Origin: an uncultured bacterium
Lineage (GTDB): Bacteria; Armatimonadota; Abditibacteriia; Abditibacteriales; Abditibacteriaceae
DNA length: 64,000 nt
Direction of reading: 5' to 3'
Assembly (NCBI GenBank): GCA_963843795.1
Contig: CAWJLW010000006.1
Coordinates: 3,484,375 to 3,548,374 of the forward strand
In this document: in pieces, positions 1 through 9,713 of the stretch
How the letters are laid out: the number at the start of each line of letters is the position of its first letter
How positions within the stretch are numbered: the first letter of the stretch is position 1
Position numbers and translations under genes: made by a program
Notes under the pieces: model-generated
What the model saw: the letters and a program-made list of their open reading frames with translations, nothing else
Databases searched by the model: none
Told to the model about the DNA's origin: nothing

Positions 1-433
1 GCATCAGAGCGGTCGCCGCAGCCTGCGCGAACGTGCCGCCGCTGCCGATGGCCGCGATACCTTCGTCGGGTTCGATCACGTCGCCGTTGCCCGACAAAAG
101 AAACATTTCTTCCGCGTTGGCGACGATCATCAAGGCTTCCAAACGGCGTAGCGCGCGGTCGGTGCGCCAATCTTTGGTCAGTTCAACCGCAGCGCGGCGC
201 AGTTGTCCGCGATGCTCGTCTAATTTCGATTCAAAGCGTTCAAACAGCGTGATTGCATCGGCAGCGCTGCCCGCGAAACCGGCGATGACCTGATTATTAC
301 TGCCCAAACGCCGCACTTTTCGCGCGGAATTTTTCACGATGTGATTTTCGACGCTCACCTGTCCGTCGCCCGCAATGGCGGTTTTGCCATTGCGCCGCAC
401 ACCGCAAATTGTTGTCGCATGAAATATCGTCAT
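1..433 (-). CDS. hslV: ATP-dependent protease peptidase subunit HslV (3' end runs off the window)
   Basis: Manual translation from ATG at 433: [27 protein letters not shown]...[10 protein letters not shown]; Thr-protease N-terminus and GDGQV motif. Not in the ORF track because truncated. Confidence 0.93.
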   Translation of the reverse strand, partial: MTIFHATTICGVRRNGKTAIAGDGQVSVENHIVKNSARKVRRLGSNNQVIAGFAGSAADAITLFERFESKLDEHRGQLRRAAVELTKDWRTDRALRRLEALMIVANAEEMFLLSGNGDVIEPDEGIAAIGSGGTFAQAAATALM

Positions 434-481
434 AATTTTTAAGATTGAAATAAGGCGCTGCAAGTACTTGCGGAGCGAAAA

Positions 482-1192
482 CTATGTTTCGCTCGGGTTA
501 GTTTTCTTGGCATCTTCGATTTCGCGTAGTCCGCTCAGCGCGCGTTGCAGCCACATGATGACCAGAAAACGCGCGACAATAGAGAACACCATCGAGCCGT
601 CCCACGCGACGTTGCGGTGCATCAAGTTGATAATCAAATCGGCGACGGCGATGCCTAAACCCAATGATGCGCCCCACAATTTTTCTTTGTGCAATGCCCA
701 CGCGGCCAGAAAGAAAATTGGGCCAGTGATGAGCGGGCGCGTGACGCCGCCTTGCGCGAACAAGCTGAGACCGAGAATTAAGTCACCAACGCCGACGATA
801 ACTAAAAGCCACATCGCGTTGCGGATGTTTTCGCGCGCTGCGATAAAAGGTACCAGGGGCAACAAATGTCCGTCGTGCCACGCCACGATTTTATGCGACG
901 GGCGCGCGGCCAGAATTGGCTTGACGTAATCTTCATCTGCGGCGGGCAACGGTTGTCCGGGCTTTAAATCGGCAGGAATGGATTGCACACGCAAAGTTGC
1001 GCCATCGGGCAGAACGCGTTCGGCACCGGTTTCGAGTTCGTCGCGTTTGCCGACATCACCCAATTGCTTGCGGTCGAGGGAAATGGCGAACGAGCCACCC
1101 ATCAGCTCCGACACAACCGTTAAACGCGGTTTGCCCGATTCGTCTATGGCGAAAAAAGTACGTTGCATCGTTGAAATGAAAACCGCCGACAA
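482..1192 (-). CDS. Hypothetical membrane protein (about 4 C-terminal TM helices); start uncertain (1192 or 1168)
   Basis: 236-aa ORF, soluble N-half and hydrophobic C-half, co-oriented with rbsK and hslV. Confidence 0.7.
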   Translation of the reverse strand: MSAVFISTMQRTFFAIDESGKPRLTVVSELMGGSFAISLDRKQLGDVGKRDELETGAERVLPDGATLRVQSIPADLKPGQPLPAADEDYVKPILAARPSHKIVAWHDGHLLPLVPFIAARENIRNAMWLLVIVGVGDLILGLSLFAQGGVTRPLITGPIFFLAAWALHKEKLWGASLGLGIAVADLIINLMHRNVAWDGSMVFSIVARFLVIMWLQRALSGLREIEDAKKTNPSET

Positions 1193-1263
1193 TCAAATGC
1201 CCTGCAAGTACTTGCAGGGCATGATTTGCGTTTCCAGTTTAGCGCTTATTGTGCATCCGGCGT

Positions 1264-2208
1264 TTATTGCGAAGCCATCATTTGTTCAACGTCTTCGCGC
1301 GTCGGCATGGCGATTTGCGCCCCGTGTCGCGTCGCGGTTAGTGCCGCAGCCGCATTGGCAAAGCGCACGGCATCTTCCAATTGCTTGCCTTCGGCCAAAC
1401 CGCTGGCAATTGCGCCCGCGAAAGTGTCACCCGCCGAAGTGGTATCGACGGCTTTGATTTTAAAGCCTGGAACGCGCGTTGCGCCTTCTTGAGTGGCGAC
1501 CAAAGCGCCGTCTTTGCCCAGAGTGGTAATGACGTGTTTCACGCCCTGATCGAGCAAGGGACGGCAGGCATAAGCAACGGTTGAAGTGGCGACATCGGTC
1601 GCGCCGGTGAGAACGAGAATTTCGGTTTCGTTGGCAATCAAAATATCGGTGTATTCCAAAAGTTCGGCGGGGAGGGTGCGTGCGGGCGCGGGATTAAGAA
1701 TCACGCGCGTGTTGCTTTCGACCGCGATGCGGGCGGCGTGCAGCACGGTTTCCATTGGAATTTCGAGTTGTAAGATCATCGTCCGCGCGCTGTCGATGCA
1801 GGGGCGCGCTTTTTCGACATCTTCCGGACGCAAGTGCATGTTGGCGCCGGGAGCAACGACGATCTGGTTTTCACCATTATCATCAACGAAAATCAAAGCG
1901 ACGCCCGACGGCTCATTTTCATCCCGCAAAACGAATTGAGTGCCCAAGCCCACACGCGAAAAAGAGTTCATCGAAGCTTCGGCGAACACATCGTTGCCCA
2001 GACGCGCCACCAGTTGCGTTCTGGCACCCAACTTAGCTGCCGCCACGGCCTGGTTCGCACCTTTTCCGCCGGGATTAATGGCGAAATCAGCGCCCAAAAT
2101 CGTTTGTCCGGGTAAGGGGAGTTCGCGGCAGCGCACTGTCATATCCGCGTTGGATGAACCGACTACGACCACATCGCAGTCGCACTTGATCAATGGTGAT
2201 AATGCCAT
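1264..2208 (-). CDS. rbsK: Ribokinase (PfkB family)
   Basis: VVGSSNAD, PGGKGANQA, DTTSAGDTF motifs. Confidence 0.93.
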   Translation of the reverse strand: MALSPLIKCDCDVVVVGSSNADMTVRCRELPLPGQTILGADFAINPGGKGANQAVAAAKLGARTQLVARLGNDVFAEASMNSFSRVGLGTQFVLRDENEPSGVALIFVDDNGENQIVVAPGANMHLRPEDVEKARPCIDSARTMILQLEIPMETVLHAARIAVESNTRVILNPAPARTLPAELLEYTDILIANETEILVLTGATDVATSTVAYACRPLLDQGVKHVITTLGKDGALVATQEGATRVPGFKIKAVDTTSAGDTFAGAIASGLAEGKQLEDAVRFANAAAALTATRHGAQIAMPTREDVEQMMASQ

Positions 2209-2461
2209 GTCTTTTTATTCCTCGTCGCTTGATTAGGCTTCATTTCGCTTGCTTTAACGGAATGATTATGCCGCGAATAGTCGCGTTCTACAATGGTGAA
2301 AGCGGTAAAAAGCCGTTGAGGTTGTAGTCATCTGACATTGTATGCGCAAAATACCGAACAGATATAGGCTCAAAGTTTGCCATCGCGGGCGCAGGCAATC
2401 CCCAAAGTCGCGGACGCTTGTTATATTTAGAGAGAATAAATTCCTCAAGGACACTTTTTTT

Positions 2462-4360
2462 ATGAGCGATCAAAACACCAACACCTCAAAACTCGACCAG
2501 AACGACCCCGAATTGTGGCGCCAATTGGCCGCACAACTGCGCATCGACTCGATTCGTTGCACTACAGAAGCCGGTTCGGGCCACCCGACTTCGGCGATGT
2601 CGGCAGCCGATATTATGTCGGTTTTGCTGTGCAAGTACTTGCACTACGATTGGCAAAACGCCGACGCGCCCAACAACGATTCGCTGATTTTTTCCAAAGG
2701 TCACGCCTGCCCGCTTTTGTATGCGGCTTATAAAGCCGTCGGCGTAGTTTCCGAAGCCGAATTAATGACCGTGCGCCAGCTGGGCTCGCGCCTCGAAGGC
2801 CACCCAACGCCCGATATTCCGTGGGTCGAGGCCGCGACCGGTTCGCTGGGTCAGGGTTTGCCGATTGGCGTTGGCGATGCCCTTTCCGGCAAATATCTCG
2901 ACAAGCTGCCTTTCAAAACTTGGGTCATCTGCGGCGACAGCGAAATGGCTGAGGGTTCGATCTGGGAAGCCTTTGAACTCGCTTCGCATTACAAGCTGGA
3001 CAATTTGGTTGCGATTGTCGACGTGAACCGTTTGGGTCAGCGCGGCGAAACTATGCTGGGCCATCACATGGACGTTTATCGTGCTCGCGCGGAAGCGTTC
3101 GGCTGGCACGCCATTGTTATTGATGGTCACGATGTGGAAGCTGTTGATCGCGCGTTTCAAGAAGCGGTGAATACCAAAGACAAACCAATTTGCATTTTGG
3201 CCGAAACCAACAAAGGCCACGGCGCTTCTCTCACCGAAAACAAAGATGGATGGCACGGCAAAGCGCTTAGCCCCGAACAAGCCGAAGGTGCAATTGCTGA
3301 AATCGTCGAGAAAGTTGGCGGCCAACGCCCCGATTTGCTGATCGAAACCAAAAAACCCGAAGACGCCAACCTATATGTTGCGCCGACCGGCGAAAGCCAG
3401 AAAGTGAGCTACAACGTCGGCGATAAAGTCGCCTCGCGCGAAGCTTATGGCGCGGCCTTGGTTGCAATTGGCGCCGACGATCCGCTCGTCGTTGCTTTGG
3501 ACGCAGAAGTCTCGAACTCGACTTACTCCGAGAAATTCAAAGCCGCCTATCCCGACCGCTTTTTTGAGATTTATATCGCCGAGCAACAAATGGTTTCGGC
3601 TGCTGCGGGCTTGCAGAATCGCCGCAAGAAAGTGTTTTGCTCGACGTTTGCCGCGTTCTTCTCGCGCGCTTTCGACCAGATTCGTATGGGCGCAATTTCG
3701 CAGGCCAACCTGAAACTGGTCGGCACGCACGCGGGCGTGTCGATTGGCGAAGACGGCCCGTCTCAAATGGCATTGGAAGACATCGCCATGTTCCGCGCGG
3801 TTTATGGTTCGACGGTTTTGTACCCGTCTGATGCAACTTCGACTGCCGCTTTGGTGCGCGAAATGAAAGATTTGCCGGGCATTTCGTTTTTGCGTTCGAC
3901 GCGCGAAAAAACGCCGGTTTTGTATCCCGATACGGAAGAATTTCCGATTGGTGGCTCCAAAACCCTGCGTTCCAGCGACAATGACACAGCCACGATTATC
4001 GCCGCTGGCATCACGCTGCACGAAGCGCTGAAAGCTGCCGACGAGTTGAAAGATAAAGGCGTCGCGGTGCGTGTCATTGATTTGTATTCGGTGAAGCCGA
4101 TTGACGTAAAAACTATCGCGGTCGCTGCGCAGGAAACCCGTCATCTGATCGTCGTCGAAGATCATTGGCGCGAAGGCGGCTTGGGCGATGCGGTTTTGGC
4201 CGCTCTGGCCCACGCGCAATCCGAAGGCACGCTGGACGGCGAAGCGAGCAAGTTCACGCATCTGTGCGTTGATAAAATGCCGCGTTCGGGCAAACCGATG
4301 GAATTATTGGCCGATAACGGCATCGCCGCCGCCGACATCGTTAAAGCCGTACAAGGTTAA
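2462..4360 (+). CDS. tkt: Transketolase
   Basis: SGHPTS, SKGH, LEGHP, GSLGQG, GDSEMAEG TPP motif, GEDGPSQ; ATG at 2462 chosen. Confidence 0.95.
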   Translation: MSDQNTNTSKLDQNDPELWRQLAAQLRIDSIRCTTEAGSGHPTSAMSAADIMSVLLCKYLHYDWQNADAPNNDSLIFSKGHACPLLYAAYKAVGVVSEAELMTVRQLGSRLEGHPTPDIPWVEAATGSLGQGLPIGVGDALSGKYLDKLPFKTWVICGDSEMAEGSIWEAFELASHYKLDNLVAIVDVNRLGQRGETMLGHHMDVYRARAEAFGWHAIVIDGHDVEAVDRAFQEAVNTKDKPICILAETNKGHGASLTENKDGWHGKALSPEQAEGAIAEIVEKVGGQRPDLLIETKKPEDANLYVAPTGESQKVSYNVGDKVASREAYGAALVAIGADDPLVVALDAEVSNSTYSEKFKAAYPDRFFEIYIAEQQMVSAAAGLQNRRKKVFCSTFAAFFSRAFDQIRMGAISQANLKLVGTHAGVSIGEDGPSQMALEDIAMFRAVYGSTVLYPSDATSTAALVREMKDLPGISFLRSTREKTPVLYPDTEEFPIGGSKTLRSSDNDTATIIAAGITLHEALKAADELKDKGVAVRVIDLYSVKPIDVKTIAVAAQETRHLIVVEDHWREGGLGDAVLAALAHAQSEGTLDGEASKFTHLCVDKMPRSGKPMELLADNGIAAADIVKAVQG

Positions 4361-4430
4361 ATTTGTCGATAAAGCGGCGTTGCAAGTACTTGCGTAAGTA
4401 CTTGCAACGCCGCTTTATCGATTCTTTTCC

Positions 4431-4994
4431 ATGAATCAAGCGCCCTGCCCACCCACGCCCTGGCATTTGCAGGGCGACGCCATTGCACTTTTCGAGCGTG
4501 ATGGCGTGCGTTTGCTGGTGCATTACACCCATTCTCCAGTGGGCGCTTACGATGAATGTGCTTTGGCTCAGTTACACAGTTTTCGCGCCCTGCAAGTACT
4601 TGCAGGGCGCTTTATTGCGCCAGTCATCGCTCCGACAGTTGTCGAAATGCAAGTTAATTCGCCACGTTCGATGCAATGCGGTCGCGCGCTGTGGGGCTTT
4701 CCCAAAACCTTAGCGGCCTTGAATTGGCAGAGCAATGGCACGCACATCGCATTTGAAGCTTCGGGATTTGAAGCCTCAATCCCCGAAGTGCCGCGTCAAA
4801 AGTGGCGCTTTCGTTGCGCGCCCTTTGGTTTGCCGGTGAAACTGCACGCTCATGTGGTGCAAGTACTGGCGGGAAGCGATGTGCGCGTGTCGATGAAGCT
4901 GCGCGCACGGGCGCGCTTAGCGTGGCGCGGACAACAGTGGGGAATTTTGTTAGAAAATTTTGATTTTGTTGTGGAAGCACCGCAAAAGCTGTGA
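4431..4994 (+). CDS. Acetoacetate decarboxylase-like family protein
   Basis: PPTPWHLQG, HYTHSPVGAYDE, GRALWGFPKTLA typical of ADC-like proteins. Confidence 0.7.
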   Translation: MNQAPCPPTPWHLQGDAIALFERDGVRLLVHYTHSPVGAYDECALAQLHSFRALQVLAGRFIAPVIAPTVVEMQVNSPRSMQCGRALWGFPKTLAALNWQSNGTHIAFEASGFEASIPEVPRQKWRFRCAPFGLPVKLHAHVVQVLAGSDVRVSMKLRARARLAWRGQQWGILLENFDFVVEAPQKL

Positions 4995-5026
4995 CGCACC
5001 GTTAGCAGATTATCATTAGAGTCGTT

Positions 5027-5833
5027 ATGAAATTGACTTTTCTGGGCACGGGTACCAGTTATGGAGTACCTTTTGTCGGCTGTCACTGCGCGATTTGCCA
5101 ATCACACGACGCGCACGATAAACGCTTGCGCTCTTCGATTTTGGTCGAAGCCGAACATAATGGTGAAGCATTTCGGATTCTGGTCGATACCACGCCCGAT
5201 TTACGTCAGCAACTTTTGCGCTCGCATACCGAAATTCTCTCCGCCGTAGTGTGGACACACGATCACAACGATCACGTCATCGGATTGGACGATTTGCGCC
5301 CGATTTGCAATGTTGTCGGTTATATCGACGGCTACGCGCGCCAAGATACGATGGCGCGCCTACAGAAAATCTTCGATTACGTCTGGGTGCAAGATCGGCC
5401 GTATGCCAATTTCCCGCGCTTGACGCCGCACATCATCGAACCGAACCAGAGTTTTGCACTTGGCCCGTTTCGCGTTACGCCGATTGATATTCGTCACGGA
5501 CAGCGCGAAATTTTGGCTTATCGTTTCGAGTGCGGAAACCAGGCTCTGGTTTATGCGACTGATTGCTCGCAAATCCCCGACGCCTCGTGGCCGCATTTTG
5601 CCAATGCCGATGTTTTGGTCGTGGGTGCGCTGCGCCACAAGGAACATCCCACTCATTTCAACATCGAACAAGCGCTCGAAGTCGTTCGTCGCGCGCAGCC
5701 CGAACGCGCGTTTTTCACGCATATCGCGCACGAATTGGGGCACCAAGCCACCAACCAAACCTTGCCCGAAAATGTAGCACTGGCGTTCGATAATCAAAGC
5801 GTCGATCTTAAAGAAATCGCTGGTGGAAAATAG
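5027..5833 (+). CDS. PhnP-like MBL-fold phosphodiesterase
   Basis: LGTGTSYGVP, CxCxxC, THDHNDH, HPTH, THIAH. Confidence 0.9.
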   Translation: MKLTFLGTGTSYGVPFVGCHCAICQSHDAHDKRLRSSILVEAEHNGEAFRILVDTTPDLRQQLLRSHTEILSAVVWTHDHNDHVIGLDDLRPICNVVGYIDGYARQDTMARLQKIFDYVWVQDRPYANFPRLTPHIIEPNQSFALGPFRVTPIDIRHGQREILAYRFECGNQALVYATDCSQIPDASWPHFANADVLVVGALRHKEHPTHFNIEQALEVVRRAQPERAFFTHIAHELGHQATNQTLPENVALAFDNQSVDLKEIAGGK

Positions 5834-5877
5834 CGCTGCAAGTACTGCAGCTACTTGCAACGCTGTTGAACGAAGTT

Positions 5878-6636
5878 ATGAATTTGCTTTTACGCGGAGA
5901 AACCGTTGTCGTGACCGGCGGCGCCATTCGATTGGGGCGTGCCATTGCTTTGGAATGCGCGCGCCAGGGCGCCAGCGTTGCCATCACGTTCCACGATTCG
6001 CACGACGCGGCACGGCAAACTCTTGATGAGCTGCGTGCACTGAGCGATGAAAGCAGTCAGGCGAACTTTCAAGCTTATCGCGTTGACGTGCGCAAAACGG
6101 CGCAAATTGACAAATTGGTCGATGATATCGAAACCGATTTCGGCGGCGCAACAATGCTGGTCAATAACGCGGCAATTTTTCGCCGGACGCCATTGGAAAC
6201 TCTGTGCGAAGACGATTTCGATGATCACATCGCGACCAATCTTAAAGCGCCCTTCTGGTTGTCTCAACAGTTCGGTAAAATTATGGTAGAACGCGGCAAC
6301 GGTGCCATTGTCAATATCGCCGATATTCACGCGCAGCGTCCGCTGAAAAATTATGTGCCTTACTGCGTTTCCAAAGCTGGTGTGGTGATGCTGACGCAAA
6401 GTATGGCATTGGCTCTGGCTCCTACTGTGCGCGTGAATGCGGTGTGCCCGGGCACTATCGAACTTCCTCAGTCACCTGAGGACGAAGACAATATTCCAGA
6501 AATGATGCTGCCTAAGATTCCACTTCAACGTTTGGGGAATGGCAAAGATGTTGCTATGACAGTCCTGTTTCTGCTCAGTGCGCCCTATATTTCGGGGGCA
6601 ATTGTGCCCGTCGATGGCGCTCAGCACCTGCGTTAG
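5878..6636 (+). CDS. SDR oxidoreductase, pteridine reductase/FolM-like
   Basis: TGGAIRLG, VNNAA, YCVSK. Confidence 0.85.
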   Translation: MNLLLRGETVVVTGGAIRLGRAIALECARQGASVAITFHDSHDAARQTLDELRALSDESSQANFQAYRVDVRKTAQIDKLVDDIETDFGGATMLVNNAAIFRRTPLETLCEDDFDDHIATNLKAPFWLSQQFGKIMVERGNGAIVNIADIHAQRPLKNYVPYCVSKAGVVMLTQSMALALAPTVRVNAVCPGTIELPQSPEDEDNIPEMMLPKIPLQRLGNGKDVAMTVLFLLSAPYISGAIVPVDGAQHLR

Positions 6637-6706
6637 CGTTGATGCGGATCGAAGAGAAGCCGTTCGAGAAATTGTGGTAGACAATCCGAAGCAAAGGAGG
6701 TGCGAG

Positions 6707-7807
6707 ATAACGAAAATAGTGGTGGCCGAAGACGAGCAGGGAATTAGTATGCTGATCGCACTGTCTTTGCGCATGGAAGGCTACGAGGTTTTGCAGGCCA
6801 GCGATGGGCGAATGGCATTGGAAATGATTCGCAGGGAGCGCCCAGACTTAGTATTGCTGGATGTCATGATGCCGCACCTGTCGGGTTACCAAGTGGCTCG
6901 TGCGCTCCAGGAAGATGCCGCAACGGCTCTCATACCGATTATCTTCGTTACTGCCAAAGGCGAAATCGAAGATCGTCTCGAAGGGCTAGGAATAGCGACC
7001 GATTATGTGTGCAAGCCGTTCGCGGTGCCGGAATTGCTGGCGCGTGTGCGCGCGGCGTTACGCACGCATAATTTGCAGGAAGAATTGCGAGTTTCCAACG
7101 AACGTTTAACGCGTTTGGCAGTGACCGACGAATTGACTGAACTGGCCAACCGGCGCGGCTTCTTGAATGGCTTGGAAGATGAACTGCTGCGCGCGCGGCG
7201 TTTTGGCCACTCCAGCGCACTGTTGATCTTTGATCTGGATCATTTCAAAGCAGTTAACGATCGCTGGGGCCACGCGCGCGGCGACACAGTTTTAAAAACC
7301 TTTGCCCGCATTCTGTCAGAACAATCGCGTCGCGTCGATAAAACAGGCCGTTTGGGGGGCGAAGAATTTGTCGCCCTGTTGCCTAACACGGGCAGCGATG
7401 GCGCAGCTATTTTCGCCTCCAAAGTGCGCGAAGCCACTGAAAAAACCCAAATTCGCCTTGCTGAAGATAATCAAGATAGCGATGATACAACTAACATAAT
7501 CAATATCACGGTGTCTGCAGGTATCGCAGTGTTCTATCCCGAAATAAACACATCACAAATTCATGGTGGCGATGCAGCCAAAGGCCATTTTAATAGAGAA
7601 AAAAATCAGGACGACATCAGCGATGAAGACAATCGAGTGGTTGCCCTGGCCTTGCTGCGCATGGCTGATACCTGTCTTTATCAGGCCAAAGCAGAAGGTC
7701 GCAATCGCTGGGTGCTACGCGAAGTACATGGCGTAGCTCAACTTCCAATAGAAGAAACCATCGCCGAAAGTTCCAAATTAAATAGCTCCGATCAAAGCTC
7801 CGATTAA
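6707..7807 (+). CDS. Response regulator-diguanylate cyclase (REC-GGDEF, PleD/WspR-like); probable ATA start
   Basis: IVVAEDE...LLDVMMP...KPF receiver; DELTELANRR, DLDHFK, RLGGEEF; SD AAGGAGG at 6694-6700. Confidence 0.9.
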   Translation: MTKIVVAEDEQGISMLIALSLRMEGYEVLQASDGRMALEMIRRERPDLVLLDVMMPHLSGYQVARALQEDAATALIPIIFVTAKGEIEDRLEGLGIATDYVCKPFAVPELLARVRAALRTHNLQEELRVSNERLTRLAVTDELTELANRRGFLNGLEDELLRARRFGHSSALLIFDLDHFKAVNDRWGHARGDTVLKTFARILSEQSRRVDKTGRLGGEEFVALLPNTGSDGAAIFASKVREATEKTQIRLAEDNQDSDDTTNIINITVSAGIAVFYPEINTSQIHGGDAAKGHFNREKNQDDISDEDNRVVALALLRMADTCLYQAKAEGRNRWVLREVHGVAQLPIEETIAESSKLNSSDQSSD

Positions 7808-7935
7808 AGCGCTCACAGTCAAGAAAAGACAGAGATCTCACTGGCATTGGCATCACCTAATGTTGCAGGTATAAGTTAAGCTAAATCAAGTGAAATTAAC
7901 TTTTTAATCGACTGGCATTTCTGCAGGAGGCTTTT

Positions 7936-8769
7936 GTGTTGTCCCATTCTCGCCCCGAACATCTTCGTATCCCTCAACCCAAGAAAAAAGTTTCGGAATC
8001 GGCCTCCACATCCGAGGCCGATTCTCGTATATCCGCTGATACTCAACCCTTGCCCGCACCTTCGGCAGCGATTACGGACGCGACTGACGTTACAGAAGTA
8101 ACCGATTCAACACCTGAAAGCAAAACCGAGTCCGACGCCACTGGTTCCGCTTTAGAAGCGTGGGGAGGCAGAGCGATGGCTTCAGCACAAACTGCACCTG
8201 CGCGCGTTCGCGAGCGTGACAATTCGCCTCACCAAAAACCAGCCACCAAAAAGCGAGTTTCCGCCAAGAAGGCGAGCGCGTCAGTTACCGAAACGGCGCA
8301 ACTCCAAATCAATAAACCACAGAATCCTCGCCAACAATCCCATTCCGAAGCGCATCGCGAAACGCGCATTCTGGTAATCGAGAACGATATCGAGGCCGCC
8401 GATCATGTTATCCAAATTCTGGAAGCCGATGGTTACGCTGTTGAAATCGCCACCGACCCCACTTACGGCGCGATGCTGGCCAAAACCTTTTTGCCGCACC
8501 TGATTTTGTTGGGCGCTCTCTCCGAACAGCTCAGTGGAGCCGATTTTATGCGCTCACTGCGCAACACAGAAGGCTTCGCCGAGCGCTCTCAAGTCACACC
8601 GGTACTTTATCTCATCGATAACACTCACCTGATACAACAGCGCTTTCATGGTCTTCGCGACACGCCTTTGACCAGCACAATTTTCAAACCCGCCAACCAA
8701 CGCGAACTTTTGCAAAAAGTTGAACGCGCACTCTGGCCTCACCAAGACTTTTCGGACGATATTTCCTGA
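7936..8769 (+). CDS. Disordered N-terminus plus atypical receiver domain protein
   Basis: SD AGGAGG then GTG; C-terminal RILVIEND...LILLG...FKP receiver fold lacking the phospho-Asp. Confidence 0.7.
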   Translation: MLSHSRPEHLRIPQPKKKVSESASTSEADSRISADTQPLPAPSAAITDATDVTEVTDSTPESKTESDATGSALEAWGGRAMASAQTAPARVRERDNSPHQKPATKKRVSAKKASASVTETAQLQINKPQNPRQQSHSEAHRETRILVIENDIEAADHVIQILEADGYAVEIATDPTYGAMLAKTFLPHLILLGALSEQLSGADFMRSLRNTEGFAERSQVTPVLYLIDNTHLIQQRFHGLRDTPLTSTIFKPANQRELLQKVERALWPHQDFSDDIS

Positions 8770-8779
8770 ACTTCTTCCC

Positions 8780-8813
8780 AACGGCTGTGCAAGTACTTGC
8801 ATAGCCGTTTTTT
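8780..8813 (+). terminator. Intrinsic terminator centred on GCAAGTACTTGC
   Basis: AACGGCTGTGCAAGTACTTGCATAGCCGTT followed by T-run, 10 nt after stop. Confidence 0.75.
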
Positions 8814-8899
8814 GCGTTTGTGCTTGCGCGTTGGACCGTGAAAAAGATCGCCAAAATAGCGCCCAGATCGGCACTCTCAATCACTCAAATCAGGCAAAA

Positions 8900-9170
8900 A
8901 GTTATGCCTAACAGGGTGTGGATAACCCTGTGGAAAGCTAGGGACAAAAATGCAAAACTTTGTGTCAATATGGATAACAGGGATAAGTGCCCTAAGTTAT
9001 ACAGCACCCTATGGAAAACTTTTGAGGGTAAAAGCCTATACAGGCGTTAACAAATCGCCTTTTTGACAACAGTTATCCACTTATCCACACCCCTAATAAT
9101 AATAAGTACATATATATATATATATAGTACTGCAAACAGCCTCAAAATTTGAGGCTATGGATAAAACCAT
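8900..9170. promoter_or_regulatory. Probable oriC: DnaA-box cluster plus unwinding element
   Basis: Perfect boxes TGTGGATAA 8917-8925 and TTATCCACA 9081-9089; near-perfect 8969-8977, 9073-9081, 9156-9164; followed by CCCC-TAATAATAATAA and a (TA)n tract 9090-9126; upstream of dnaN. Confidence 0.85.
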
Positions 9171-9208
9171 AAACTGTTAGGATTTTTGTGGTTTGAAAAG
9201 GAATTGAA

Positions 9209-9415
9209 ATGGAACAGCTTTTAGATCGCACCGCACAAGAAAAATCGAAAGAACAAACTTTAGTCGAAGGTGTGCCAAACGGATTGCGCGCTGATGGCGC
9301 TTTGTCACAAGCGATGGTGTGTCCCAACTGTGGTTGTGAATTGCAGGGACGCAAATGCAAATTGTTGTGCATGCGGCCCGGTTGCGGCTATTTGGTCACC
9401 TGCAGCGAGTGGTAA
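9209..9415 (+). CDS. Small Cys-rich CPxCG-type zinc-finger protein
   Basis: CPNCG...CKLLC...CGY..TCSEW; AAGGA upstream of ATG. Confidence 0.65.
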   Translation: MEQLLDRTAQEKSKEQTLVEGVPNGLRADGALSQAMVCPNCGCELQGRKCKLLCMRPGCGYLVTCSEW

Positions 9416-9574
9416 AATCGGCAAACAAGTTTGAAAAATGAATTCTGTGATACGAAAAATATTTTGCGAACGGGGTAGAAATTGTTGCGCATATCGGTCA
9501 AAGTACTTGGTTGCCCCGACGAGCGCTGTGCACTTGAAAACGATTTTTGTTGCTGCTTAGCTTTCAAAAATGCG

Positions 9575-9625
9575 CTAACTTTCCACAATTGATAGGGAAA
9601 AGTCTGGGGATAAGTGGGATAACTC
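9575..9625. promoter_or_regulatory. Degenerate DnaA boxes upstream of dnaN
   Basis: CTTTCCACA 9580-9588, TGGGGATAA 9605-9613, GTGGGATAA 9613-9621. Confidence 0.55.
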
Positions 9626-9713
9626 CCATTTTTTATGGGTTTTTTGGTGAAATTTGCTGAAAAATCGGAAAAACAAAGAAATTTTGGTCGGTCGGTGTTG
9701 GAGACTTGAAGCT

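Noticed and set aside
3371..4261. Long antisense ORFs (e.g. 3371-4261, 37828-38721, 44715-45581, 52687-53613)
   Set aside because: Shadows of well-supported genes on the opposite strand in GC-rich sequence; no recognisable motifs.
9108..9126. (TA)n microsatellite as a contingency locus
   Set aside because: Better explained as the AT-rich unwinding element next to the DnaA boxes.
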